Shown: piece after piece, positions 22,242-30,683 of the stretch
Layout: every line of letters starts with the position of its first letter
Numbering within the stretch: position 1 is the stretch's first letter
From: an uncultured Candidatus Saccharibacteria bacterium
GTDB taxonomy: Bacteria > Patescibacteriota > Minisyncoccia > Phycocordibacterales > DATDWN01
Length of the DNA: 64,000 nucleotides
Direction of reading: 5' to 3'
Assembly: GCA_964453075.1 (NCBI GenBank)
Contig: CAYVNM010000002.1
Location: forward strand, 4,279 to 68,278
The notes under the pieces: generated by a model
Database searches by the model: none
Told to the model about the DNA's origin: nothing
Seen by the model: only the letters and a program-made list of their open reading frames with translations
Made by a program: the position numbers and the translations under genes

Positions 22242-22640
22242 GGGGATGCCAGGTTTAGACAAGTAAATTCTTTGACAATGTGCATGGTAGAGCTCTAGAA
22301 TCTCTTTAAACCTCTAGAAAATGTAAATGCAAAAAATACATTTACAAAAGCAGTTCCTTCACCATTTATGGCGAATGGATTTGCTCTCGCTTTCGCTTAA
22401 TCTTTTAGATTAAACCAAAACGGCGGCTATTCTCTGAAGTCTGTTACGGGAAATAGTTGATATATCTTCGGACTAGGAATCGTTTTAGTTTCGAGACGCT
22501 TCTGAACTAAAGAAAACTGGACTTTTATTTATTTTGTAAGCTTAAAGAATAAAAGTTGAGAAAAATAAAACTTACTACACCATGTAGAAACATTATCAAA
22601 ACTTATTTGCACGGGGGTTCAATTCCCCCCTTCTCCACAA
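22242..22640 (+). ncRNA. ssrA: tmRNA; tag ORF 22329-22400 AKNTFTKAVPSPFMANGFALAFA
   Basis: GGGGATG 5' end pairs with CTTCTCCA (G3-U70), T arm GGGGG-TTCAATT-CCCCC, resume codon after TAAAT, next to smpB. Confidence 0.93.
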
Positions 22641-22866
22641 TAACGAGCCACCCGCAAGGGTGGTTTTCGTTATTGTGGAGAAGGAGCAAACCAGACGGTT
22701 CTGGTTTGCGTGGGGATTTGAAAACCTTTGATAGTTTTTTGTGAGTTTGCGAAACAAAAAACAGAAAAGTTATACTGAAACTGTAAGTTTCGATTCCCCC
22801 TATAATAGATATTTTGTGAGCGGCAACGAACAAAATATTCCTGACCTAATCCACCCTTCTCCACAA
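22641..22866 (+). repeat. tRNA-tail structured element (family B), tmRNA copy
   Basis: Mirror of tmRNA 3' end, 74-nt conserved core, ends in 13-nt direct repeat CCCTTCTCCACAA. Confidence 0.85.
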
Positions 22867-22920
22867 CTATTGACATTAATTAATTGGTGTGATATCTTGT
22901 GTAAAGGAGGGAGATTTGCG

Positions 22921-23109
22921 ATGACCGAACTGGAAATGAGCCTCGGGAACATCAAGACTGCTGTCGACGCTCAGGCAAAGCTCTTGGAAGCTGCGTTGGC
23001 ACTTGCCGAGGGAAGTGTGGATAAACACAATTCTCTCCTGCTTGAAGCGAAGAACATTTTCGATGCACGCATCGCCGAGCTCAAGAAGGAACTCGAGCAG
23101 ATGGAGTAG
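22921..23109 (+). CDS. Small coiled-coil orphan (cassette-like unit)
   Basis: TTGACA-17-TATCTT, AAAGGAGG SD, downstream hairpin; start ATG 22921. Confidence 0.7.
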   Translation: MTELEMSLGNIKTAVDAQAKLLEAALALAEGSVDKHNSLLLEAKNIFDARIAELKKELEQME

Positions 23110-23275
23110 CCACACCCACCAACAGACCGCATGGTTCGCCCAGCGGTCTTCGTCTTTATATAAATTTAAATAATTTAAAAAAATAAAATATATTCCCCTG
23201 TATACCACCCCCCTCCATTGACTAACCTCCCAAAGAGAATATAAATATATACAGACAACAACCCAGGAGGGCTTT

Positions 23276-23443
23276 GTGGAACAGCAACAAGCGTTCACCG
23301 AGAAGCCTCTCCAGCGTTTTTTAATGGATGTGGCTTTTGGACTTTGTATCTGTTTGTTTGTTTTCCTTTTTCATCTTGTAGAAGTCAAGAAACTTGAGAT
23401 GAAAAAGGTAAACGATGCTTCGATGACCACGCCCACCCCCTAA
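23276..23443 (+). CDS. 55-aa single-TM orphan (not in ORF track)
   Basis: AGGAGG then GTG, MEQQQAFTEKPLQRFLMDVAFGLCICLFVFLFHLVEVKK..., TTGACT promoter, hairpin after stop. Confidence 0.55.
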   Translation: MEQQQAFTEKPLQRFLMDVAFGLCICLFVFLFHLVEVKKLEMKKVNDASMTTPTP

Positions 23444-23745
23444 CCCGCCACGTCCCCCACGGACCTGGCGGGTTTACCATTGTTATTCTATTTTAAAACA
23501 AAAGCGCCTGTAGGGGCACTTTTGTTTTGAACCTAAAACCAAGTATATTTTTTAAAACAAGGAGAAATTTTTTACAATAAATGCCATTGTAATAATGTTG
23601 GTGATCAATGTCGCCCATAGAATTAAGTAAGCTGACATTGGTAATTTTATTTTTTGTGGATTCATTGTTTTTAGTATTATTTTTAGTAAAGCCCTACGCA
23701 AAACCTTATTATAGAATTAATTTGTTTATTAAACAACACCAGATG

Positions 23746-24321
23746 TTAATTAAATTTAACATAAGTTGGTTTAGCCAACATACTTCCGACTTTTGACCAA
23801 GCGTGACAATCATAACTAACACTGTTTGAATTAGTACCCAAAACTCTACCGCTTGTTATATCCTCTGGAATAACTTCTGGTAATTCTGAGATAGATTTTG
23901 GCTCTGTCCTTATACCCGTAGACATTCCTTCTGTCCAAACATACAAATACCTACCATCATAAACCATCATGGTTAATGTAGATTTACCAGTAGAATATCT
24001 CGTCCTGAACTCTGCCCTCAATTTGTTATCAGCTAGATATATAGAGTTTGTACTAGTTTGAGTTTGACTTACTTGCTCATACTTACATTCGTAACTTCCT
24101 TTTATGGATAAAATACTTTTTAGTGTAACTGGCTTTGTTGTAGTATTTTTTGTGGTAACAGAAGAAGTGCTATTTTTTACTTCTTCAGTACTGGTTCCTA
24201 CCACAACCCGATCATCATTTAGACCAGATTCATTTATTGTGCTTTTTGGAGAACGCACAAACCAAACGACCAACAAAATCAAAACCACACCCAAAATTGA
24301 TAATATCTTTTTGTATTGCAT
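23746..24321 (-). CDS. Hypothetical membrane-anchored exported protein
   Basis: N-terminal TM, Thr-rich linker, beta-rich domain with two Cys. Confidence 0.75.
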   Translation of the reverse strand: MQYKKILSILGVVLILLVVWFVRSPKSTINESGLNDDRVVVGTSTEEVKNSTSSVTTKNTTTKPVTLKSILSIKGSYECKYEQVSQTQTSTNSIYLADNKLRAEFRTRYSTGKSTLTMMVYDGRYLYVWTEGMSTGIRTEPKSISELPEVIPEDITSGRVLGTNSNSVSYDCHAWSKVGSMLAKPTYVKFN

Positions 24322-24420
24322 ATAATTTATTAAATAATAATTCCTCTATAATTTTACCATGAAAATGGCCCCTCGTAACACAACATAGAGCAGTTCTAAT
24401 GCTTGTGTTATAATCACGGT

Positions 24421-25053
24421 ATGAAAAAATTTGTTTTATTCATAATAATCGTAGCATTACTGACTGGATATTTTTTTGTCTTCAAAGATAAGAATTCAAC
24501 AAAAAAAGATACTAATATTGAATCGTATAGAAACTACGGACTAGGCATATCGTTTGATTATCCAAAAGTATTAGACGTCAGTACTTCTGATGGAATCATA
24601 GTATTACATCACGATATTCCATTCGAAAATACAGGTGCCTGTGACATGATGGGAGAAGAAAAAACATACCCGAGATTAACAGACTTTAGAGTTACTATTC
24701 AAAAAACAAACAAAGGGCTCGTAGAGACCATGAAAGCAATGAGCCCATACATACCTCAAGAAAATTTTGTAGATAACCAAGTTGTAGAATCACCAGGATT
24801 TATTGATAAATTCTCAGTCGGCACCCTAAAAGGTTACGCTATATATGAAGGTGCTGAGGGCTGTGGGCAAACCACATACTACTTCCCAATAAAAGACGAT
24901 CAGACTCTCATAATCGGTAAGGCTTCTATACAAATACTTTCTGGTATATTTTCAGACAACAGAGAAAAGGAGGTTCTAGCCGTTCCAGGTGTTATTTCAA
25001 GAGAAGAATCAAACCAAATATTCCTATCAATACTACAAACACTAAAAATATAA
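24421..25053 (+). CDS. Hypothetical membrane-anchored exported protein
   Basis: N-terminal TM, YGLGISFDYP motif; ATG 6 nt after TATAAT. Confidence 0.75.
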   Translation: MKKFVLFIIIVALLTGYFFVFKDKNSTKKDTNIESYRNYGLGISFDYPKVLDVSTSDGIIVLHHDIPFENTGACDMMGEEKTYPRLTDFRVTIQKTNKGLVETMKAMSPYIPQENFVDNQVVESPGFIDKFSVGTLKGYAIYEGAEGCGQTTYYFPIKDDQTLIIGKASIQILSGIFSDNREKEVLAVPGVISREESNQIFLSILQTLKI

Positions 25054-25124
25054 ATATTGTGTAATCGTTCAAAACGTGCTATATTTATGTTGTATTTATT
25101 GAATTTTATTACCAAATTAATAAC

Positions 25125-25244
25125 AAAATTTCAGATTTGAACCAAGGTCAAGGCGAAAGCTTTGAGAAAATCCGAGGTGTACTAAATGTACAGCGAGGAG
25201 TTTCGAGAAGTTTTCAACGCAGAGATTGGTCAAATATGGAATTT
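25125..25244 (+). repeat. Nested palindromic element (family A) in infC leader
   Basis: Ends ...CCAAGGTC / GAGATTGGTCA shared with 36337-36460; central GAGGTGTAC..GTACAGCGA hairpin. Confidence 0.75.
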
Positions 25245-25253
25245 CCGAACAAA

Positions 25254-25763
25254 TTGTCACTATATATTAGGATAAATAATCAGATCAGTGCACCAGAACT
25301 TCGTGTAATTATGGAAGACGGTTCAAACCTGGGAGTTATATCCACAAAAGAGGCTTTGGACAAAGCACGAGAAGCCGGACTTGATCTAATTGAAATATCA
25401 CCAAAAGCCAATCCGCCAGTTGCAAAAATCATGGATTATGGTAAATTTCAGTATGCTGAAAACAAGAAGCTAAAGGTGGCAAAAACCAAGGCCCATACCG
25501 TAGAAATCAAGAATATACAGGTAAAAGTAGGCACGGGAGACCATGATTTGGAGCTTAAAGCAAAAAAAGCCTCTGGATGGTTAAAGGAAGGAAATCGCAT
25601 AAAAATAGACCTTTTTCTACCAGGAAGAACAAAATACATGGACATTAAGTTCCTCAAGGAGCGCATGGACAGAGTTTTGAAACTAATCACCGAGGAATAC
25701 AAAGTTGCCGATGAGGCCAAAAAGTCTCCAAAGGGGTTAAGTATAATAATAGAAAAAGCATAA
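25254..25763 (+). CDS. infC: Translation initiation factor IF-3 (start uncertain: TTG 25254 or ATT 25266)
   Basis: INNQI, GLDLIEI, PPVAKIMDYGKF; upstream ORF extension lies inside the repeat. Confidence 0.93.
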   Translation: MSLYIRINNQISAPELRVIMEDGSNLGVISTKEALDKAREAGLDLIEISPKANPPVAKIMDYGKFQYAENKKLKVAKTKAHTVEIKNIQVKVGTGDHDLELKAKKASGWLKEGNRIKIDLFLPGRTKYMDIKFLKERMDRVLKLITEEYKVADEAKKSPKGLSIIIEKA

Positions 25764-25777
25764 ACACAAAATTTATC

Positions 25778-25963
25778 ATGAGCACAAAAACAAACAAGTC
25801 ATTCTCAAAAAGATTGAAAGTAAGCAAAAACGGTAAAATTACCGCACGAAAAAGTGGTCAAAACCATTTCAATGTAAAAGAAAGCCGTAGATCACAGTTA
25901 GCCAAAAAGAAAGGTGTTTCCTTTACTATCAGCAATAAGGACCGTGCCCATTATATAAAATAA
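25778..25963 (+). CDS. rpmI: 50S ribosomal protein L35
   Basis: KTNKSFSKR..GKI..H; infC-rpmI-rplT order. Confidence 0.9.
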   Translation: MSTKTNKSFSKRLKVSKNGKITARKSGQNHFNVKESRRSQLAKKKGVSFTISNKDRAHYIK

Positions 25964-25996
25964 AAAAATTAGTAAGATAATTATAAAACAACCAAC

Positions 25997-26374
25997 ATGA
26001 CAAGAGTAAAAGGTGGTGTTAACGCACTAAAATCAAGAAAGAATATCCTCCGAAAAGTAAAAGGATACAGACACGGCAGAGGAACAAAAGAAAGACAAGC
26101 TACAGAAGCCATCTTTCACGCTGGTACATATGCTTTTGCACACAGAAGAGACAAGAAAACAGATGCTAGACAACTATGGAATGTTAAGATTTCTTACGCC
26201 TCAAAAGAACTTGGTACCTCATATAGCAAATTAATGGGTAGCCTAAAAAAGAAAGGCGTACTATTAGACAGAAAAATACTAGCTACTTTGGCAAAAGAGA
26301 GTCCAGAGACATTCAAAAAAGTGGCTGAGTTTGCCAAATCATCCCCTGCTCCCAAAGCAACAATAACTAAATAA
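25997..26374 (+). CDS. rplT: 50S ribosomal protein L20
   Basis: MTRVKGG, KGY, LDRKILA. Confidence 0.96.
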   Translation: MTRVKGGVNALKSRKNILRKVKGYRHGRGTKERQATEAIFHAGTYAFAHRRDKKTDARQLWNVKISYASKELGTSYSKLMGSLKKKGVLLDRKILATLAKESPETFKKVAEFAKSSPAPKATITK

Positions 26375-26406
26375 ACAAAAAACCGGCCAAAAGCCGGTTT
26401 TTTGTT
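26374..26406. terminator. Bidirectional intrinsic terminator
   Basis: AAAAAACCGGC/GCCGGTTTTTT between convergent genes. Confidence 0.8.
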
Positions 26407-26416
26407 CTTTTTTAAC

Positions 26417-27787
26417 TCATAAGTTATACCTCTTACCTCTCTCTGGATACACAGCGTCTACCTCCAACTCTTCTCGCAACCTCTGGACTAGATAGGTGGA
26501 TGCTTTCGGCTCACCCATTACCACAAAAACTTTTTTCACTGTCTTAGCAGTATTAGAAACCATATCTACTATTCCATCAGAATCTTTGTGAGAAGAGTAC
26601 CCAGATATCATTTCAACTCGTGCTTTTATTGGTACTTGTCTGCCGTTTATTTCTACATATTTTGGTCTTTCTTGTATCTGCCGGCCCAAAGTTCCTATAG
26701 CCTGATAACCCATAAGAAGAATTGTGCTTTTTGGGTCTGGCAAGAAATTCATCTCATGCCACATTACCCTACCACCAGTAGACATACCCGACCCAGCTAT
26801 AATAATCTTTGGATTTGCTGTGTTTACTATGGATTGTGAGTCGCGAGAACCATGAGTGATATTAAGTTTTGGAAATTCAAAAATATTATCCCCACTTTTT
26901 ATTTCTTTTTGCACCTCTGCATTAAAATCTTTTTTGGAACGAGCATACACTTCTGTAACTTTTTGACCCAAGGGGGAATCCAGAAAAACAGGCACAGAAG
27001 GAATGAATCCTCCTTCTACTAGATTATTTAATTCATACAAAACCACCTGGGTTCTTTCTATAGAAAAAGCCGGGATCACAACCGCCCCATTGTTTTTTAT
27101 TGTCTCGGTAATCACCTTGCGAAATCTAGCATCTCTCTCATCTTTTGGTTCATGATTGCGGTCACCATAAACACTGTCTACGATCAAGTAATCTGCATCA
27201 GTAATTTCTTCCGTGTCTTTGAGAAGAGGTGCGGGTGAATTACCAGAATCACCCGTAAAAACTATTTTTTTACCATCAAAACTAAATTCATAGATAGCAG
27301 AACCTAGTATATGCCCCGCATCCTTAAGATACACAGAAAAATCTTTGTTAATCTCTATATTCTTGTGATAAGCAACAGTTTCCCACAACGAAAAAGCTTT
27401 ATTAAAATCATCTATATCATACAAAGGAATCTCTCGAACCCCTTCAATATCTACCTTCTCTTTCATATCCATAACCTTCAGAGCATCCATGAGCATCAAG
27501 TGAGCCAATTCTTTGGTTTCTTTCGTAGAATAAATCACTCCTTCAAATCCGTCCTTGACCAGCTTACACACCCTACCTATATGATCCATGTGTGCATGAG
27601 TAACAAACAAATAATTTACTGATTTAACATCATAATCAAACGGTTTGTTATTTTCTTCATAAGAACCTTGCACACCTTGGATCAATCCACAATCTATTAA
27701 TATTTTTGTTTGGTTTCCTTCTAATAGGAAATTGGCGCCTGTGACCGTCCCTACTCCTCCATAAAATGTGACTTGTAATTTATTCAT
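26417..27787 (-). CDS. MBL-fold beta-CASP ribonuclease
   Basis: THAHMDHIG, AGHILGS, GDSG, PAFSIERTQ, YSSH. Confidence 0.9.
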   Translation of the reverse strand: MNKLQVTFYGGVGTVTGANFLLEGNQTKILIDCGLIQGVQGSYEENNKPFDYDVKSVNYLFVTHAHMDHIGRVCKLVKDGFEGVIYSTKETKELAHLMLMDALKVMDMKEKVDIEGVREIPLYDIDDFNKAFSLWETVAYHKNIEINKDFSVYLKDAGHILGSAIYEFSFDGKKIVFTGDSGNSPAPLLKDTEEITDADYLIVDSVYGDRNHEPKDERDARFRKVITETIKNNGAVVIPAFSIERTQVVLYELNNLVEGGFIPSVPVFLDSPLGQKVTEVYARSKKDFNAEVQKEIKSGDNIFEFPKLNITHGSRDSQSIVNTANPKIIIAGSGMSTGGRVMWHEMNFLPDPKSTILLMGYQAIGTLGRQIQERPKYVEINGRQVPIKARVEMISGYSSHKDSDGIVDMVSNTAKTVKKVFVVMGEPKASTYLVQRLREELEVDAVYPERGKRYNL

Positions 27788-27799
27788 TGTAATTTTTAT

Positions 27800-27910
27800 A
27801 TGCCCACTCCTTACAGGAGCAGTACACCTTTTGGATTTTTTAATTCACTTCGTTCTTAAAAAATCTCAAGAAGGTCTTGCAGTTGGGTCCCGTCCCAACC
27901 TCACCGCTCA
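27800..27910 (-). repeat. Divergent family B-like structured element, not tRNA-linked
   Basis: ACCTT..TTTTTT-GAACGAAGTGAA-AAAAAA..AAGGTGTACTG-CTCC-TGTAA-GGAG follows the family B core layout. Confidence 0.55.
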
Positions 27911-27922
27911 AAAATGTGATGC

Positions 27923-28324
27923 TTAATCTTTTTTCCATATTTTTATTCCGTACAAAGAACCAACTAATCCACCAATCAAATCCAAGATTAAGTCAGACGA
28001 GGTGTCGGTAACATAGGCCATGCCATCAGAAAAAGAAGTGGTCCCGACACTTAGTTCAAGAAATTCCCACAACAATCCTACAACTAAAGTACTAAACAAA
28101 ACCCGAATAACAACTTTCTTATTCGTCCACGTAGAAAAATCTATTGTTTTTTTTATAATAACCAAAGAAAACATCCCAACAATAACCCCTCCCAGAAAAT
28201 GAAGAAGCATATCATACCACCAATAAAACCAGTCTAAATAAAATTTAACACTAGCAAAAAACAAAACAGCAAGAATAAATAACAATATTGAGGCTGTTTT
28301 AAATAAAGTTGTTTTTGTCATCAC
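27923..28324 (-). CDS. Hypothetical membrane protein (DxxxH..WE..DT..D family)
   Basis: WYDMLLHFLGG, LWEFLE, DTSSDL motifs. Confidence 0.75.
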   Translation of the reverse strand: MMTKTTLFKTASILLFILAVLFFASVKFYLDWFYWWYDMLLHFLGGVIVGMFSLVIIKKTIDFSTWTNKKVVIRVLFSTLVVGLLWEFLELSVGTTSFSDGMAYVTDTSSDLILDLIGGLVGSLYGIKIWKKD

Positions 28325-28381
28325 TTTCTAATTGTATCAAAAATAAAATTAAAATACCCACGAAAATCGTGAGTGTTTTAA

Positions 28382-28533
28382 TAGGGTTACAGTGATACTC
28401 CCCTACAAAAAAAGTAGGTGGGTGCTCTCACTCATACTCGTCAGAACAAAAAATAAATTTCATGCTCATCGTGGTATAAAAATATTGAACTCCCTTAAAA
28501 ATTCTTAGGTAGAAAGTATCAAAGCAACCCTGT
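28382..28533 (-). ncRNA. ssrS: 6S RNA
   Basis: Own promoter (TTGGCA..TATAAT) and terminator; closing stem AGGGTTGC/GTAACCCT; GGGAG..ATTTTTA and GCACCCACCT motifs like Firmicutes 6S. Confidence 0.8.
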
Positions 28534-28595
28534 GTTAATTATACTCTCCCGAAAAACCATGCCAACTTGTAACCGAGCAACAAATAGTGTGTAAA

Positions 28596-29198
28596 TTACT
28601 CTAAAATACCGTCCAGATTCACATCATACATTATTTGTTCTTGAACCAATCTATAATCTGACAATTCGTCTTTTTTGAACCAGTGATTTATTTCCATTTC
28701 AGCTTCTTTTGGTGAACCTGATGCATGAATAAGATTTCTTACAGCTCTACCATCAGTATCCGCCATAATGTAAGAATCCAAAACATAATCACCTCTTATT
28801 GTTCCAACATCGGACGATCTTGGCTCTGTTCCACCAGTAATCTTTCTAACAATCTCAACAACATGTGCACCTTCCCAAACCATAGCCACAACAGGACCAG
28901 AAGTCATATATTTCTTTAATTTCTCTAGTATTACTGCAGTTATTTCAAAAGGATCTTCTGTTGGTAAAACCTCCCCCTTCTCCTTGGCTGCTTTCACTCT
29001 TTTCTCCCCTGTAATTCTGCGCCAATCTGGATCTAGAGTGTAGTGTTTTTCTATATGTTCCTCTGTAGGCACACACATCTTTACACCAACAAGCTTCAGC
29101 CCAGTTCTCTCAAACCTTCCTATAATTTCACCTACAAGAGTTCTCTGTACTCCGTCTGGCTTGACAACAACAAGAGTTCTTTCTTTTTTTGGATGCAT
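28596..29198 (-). CDS. ndk: Nucleoside diphosphate kinase
   Basis: ERTLVVVKPDG, SGPVV, GTIRGD, NLIHAS. Confidence 0.95.
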   Translation of the reverse strand: MHPKKERTLVVVKPDGVQRTLVGEIIGRFERTGLKLVGVKMCVPTEEHIEKHYTLDPDWRRITGEKRVKAAKEKGEVLPTEDPFEITAVILEKLKKYMTSGPVVAMVWEGAHVVEIVRKITGGTEPRSSDVGTIRGDYVLDSYIMADTDGRAVRNLIHASGSPKEAEMEINHWFKKDELSDYRLVQEQIMYDVNLDGILE

Positions 29199-29243
29199 AA
29201 AAATAAATTTTATAAAATAATGCCTTAAGGATATCAAAAAATA

Positions 29244-30011
29244 CTACTTAGTCAAAATAATTGGGTCACCATCTGTTATTGCTATGGTGTGTTCAAAATG
29301 AGCAGCATTTGAACCGTCTGAAGTTTTATAAGTATAACCATCACTACTTAAAACTATCCTATCAGAACCAAGTGTGAGCATGGGTTCTATGGCAATAACC
29401 ATGCCGGGCACGAGTTTTTCTCCGGCACCCTTTCTACCTTCGTTTGGTACAAAAGGGTCTTCATGGACCTTGTAGCCTACCCCATGGCCTGCCAGCCCCT
29501 GACAAATACCATATCCCAAAGGTCTTGCGAAAGATTCTATGGCAAAACCTATATCACCCACGTGGTTACCTCCCTTTGCCACTTTTATTCCTAGAAACAA
29601 GGCCTCCTTACAATGTTCTATTAGTTTCTTGTCTTCTGGCTTGAGTTTTCCAACACCAATCGTAATTGCACTATCGGTGATAAGTTTATCGTGAATTATT
29701 CCAAGATCCAGTGAGACAACATCTCCCTCCTGCAAAATGTGTGGTTTCTCATTTGGAATACCGTGAACTATTTCATTATTTACAGAAACACAAAGAGCTG
29801 CAGGATATGCTCTTTTGGCACCCCTCGGTGTGTAATTTAAAAAAGCCGCCCTATCTCCACCTTCTTCTATAAGTTTTCTTGCCAAATCTTCTAAATCCTG
29901 TGTTGAAACACCCGCTACAACTATCTTTGCCAATTCAGCCAATATAAAAGCATGACGTATCCCGCCCTCTCGTAGTGTTTCTATTTCTTTTTGAGTCTTT
30001 ATATTTACCAT
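29244..30011 (-). CDS. map: Methionine aminopeptidase type I
   Basis: SVNNEIVHGIP, GHGVG, AIEPM, HFEHT. Confidence 0.96.
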   Translation of the reverse strand: MVNIKTQKEIETLREGGIRHAFILAELAKIVVAGVSTQDLEDLARKLIEEGGDRAAFLNYTPRGAKRAYPAALCVSVNNEIVHGIPNEKPHILQEGDVVSLDLGIIHDKLITDSAITIGVGKLKPEDKKLIEHCKEALFLGIKVAKGGNHVGDIGFAIESFARPLGYGICQGLAGHGVGYKVHEDPFVPNEGRKGAGEKLVPGMVIAIEPMLTLGSDRIVLSSDGYTYKTSDGSNAAHFEHTIAITDGDPIILTK

Positions 30012-30020
30012 CCAGCTAAA

Positions 30021-30611
30021 TTACATCCCTATCTTAGTCATTAATTCTTTATTAACTTCCACGATAGATTGTTCACCATTTACTGTAATAAAATTATAAA
30101 ATTCATTATCTTTAAAATACTCCATAGCGGGAATAACATTTTTTTCAAACCAATCCAATCTTTTTTCTATTTGATCGATCTTATCATCCCCCCTATCTCG
30201 CTCGAGCAATCTCTCTCTAGCCCAATCTCTAGAAACCTGTATGTATATAACAAATGGTTTCTCTCTTTTATAAAACTTCATTGCAGAGTTTAGTATTGGA
30301 GCCTCGTGTGCACGCCGAGACAAGCCGTCCAAAATCATGTGTTCATCTCCAGAAACATGTTTGACAAAGTATTCAGACCAAATCCAAATAGGCAGAAACT
30401 CTGGAAGCAACCCGCCCTTTTCTATAATTTCATTTGTTTGAGTTGCGGTAAAAGAAGCTTCCGTAATAAATTCTCTGAATCTTTGACCTGTTTCAATATA
30501 CAAAGTCTTTTTCTCAGGATCTACTTTCTTTAGATAATCAATTAAAATTTTTGCTTGGGTCCCCTTTCCTGCGCCAGATGGACCAAAGAATATAAATGTT
30601 TTTGGAGTCAT
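30021..30611 (-). CDS. adk: Adenylate kinase family (short LID)
   Basis: GPSGAGKGTQ; secY-adk-map order. Confidence 0.88.
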   Translation of the reverse strand: MTPKTFIFFGPSGAGKGTQAKILIDYLKKVDPEKKTLYIETGQRFREFITEASFTATQTNEIIEKGGLLPEFLPIWIWSEYFVKHVSGDEHMILDGLSRRAHEAPILNSAMKFYKREKPFVIYIQVSRDWARERLLERDRGDDKIDQIEKRLDWFEKNVIPAMEYFKDNEFYNFITVNGEQSIVEVNKELMTKIGM

Positions 30612-30642
30612 GACTCTATTATACAATAAAATTCAGACTACT

Positions 30643-30683
30643 TAAATCTTGCTGGAACGATGAGTTCGCCAGATTTAGAAATT
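30643..30683 (+). repeat. Truncated family A remnant at secY stop
   Basis: GGAACGATGAGTTCGCCAGATTTAGAAATT resembles the right arm of the 62764-62886 element. Confidence 0.6.

Noticed and set aside
19081-22866. Family B as theta/HDV-like or hammerhead ribozyme
   Set aside because: Could not find the nested double-pseudoknot order or the CUGANGA/GAAA core by eye
22556-22920. ORFs across the tmRNA 3' end and tail element
   Set aside because: They read through RNA gene and palindromic sequence; the SD-led start is at 22921
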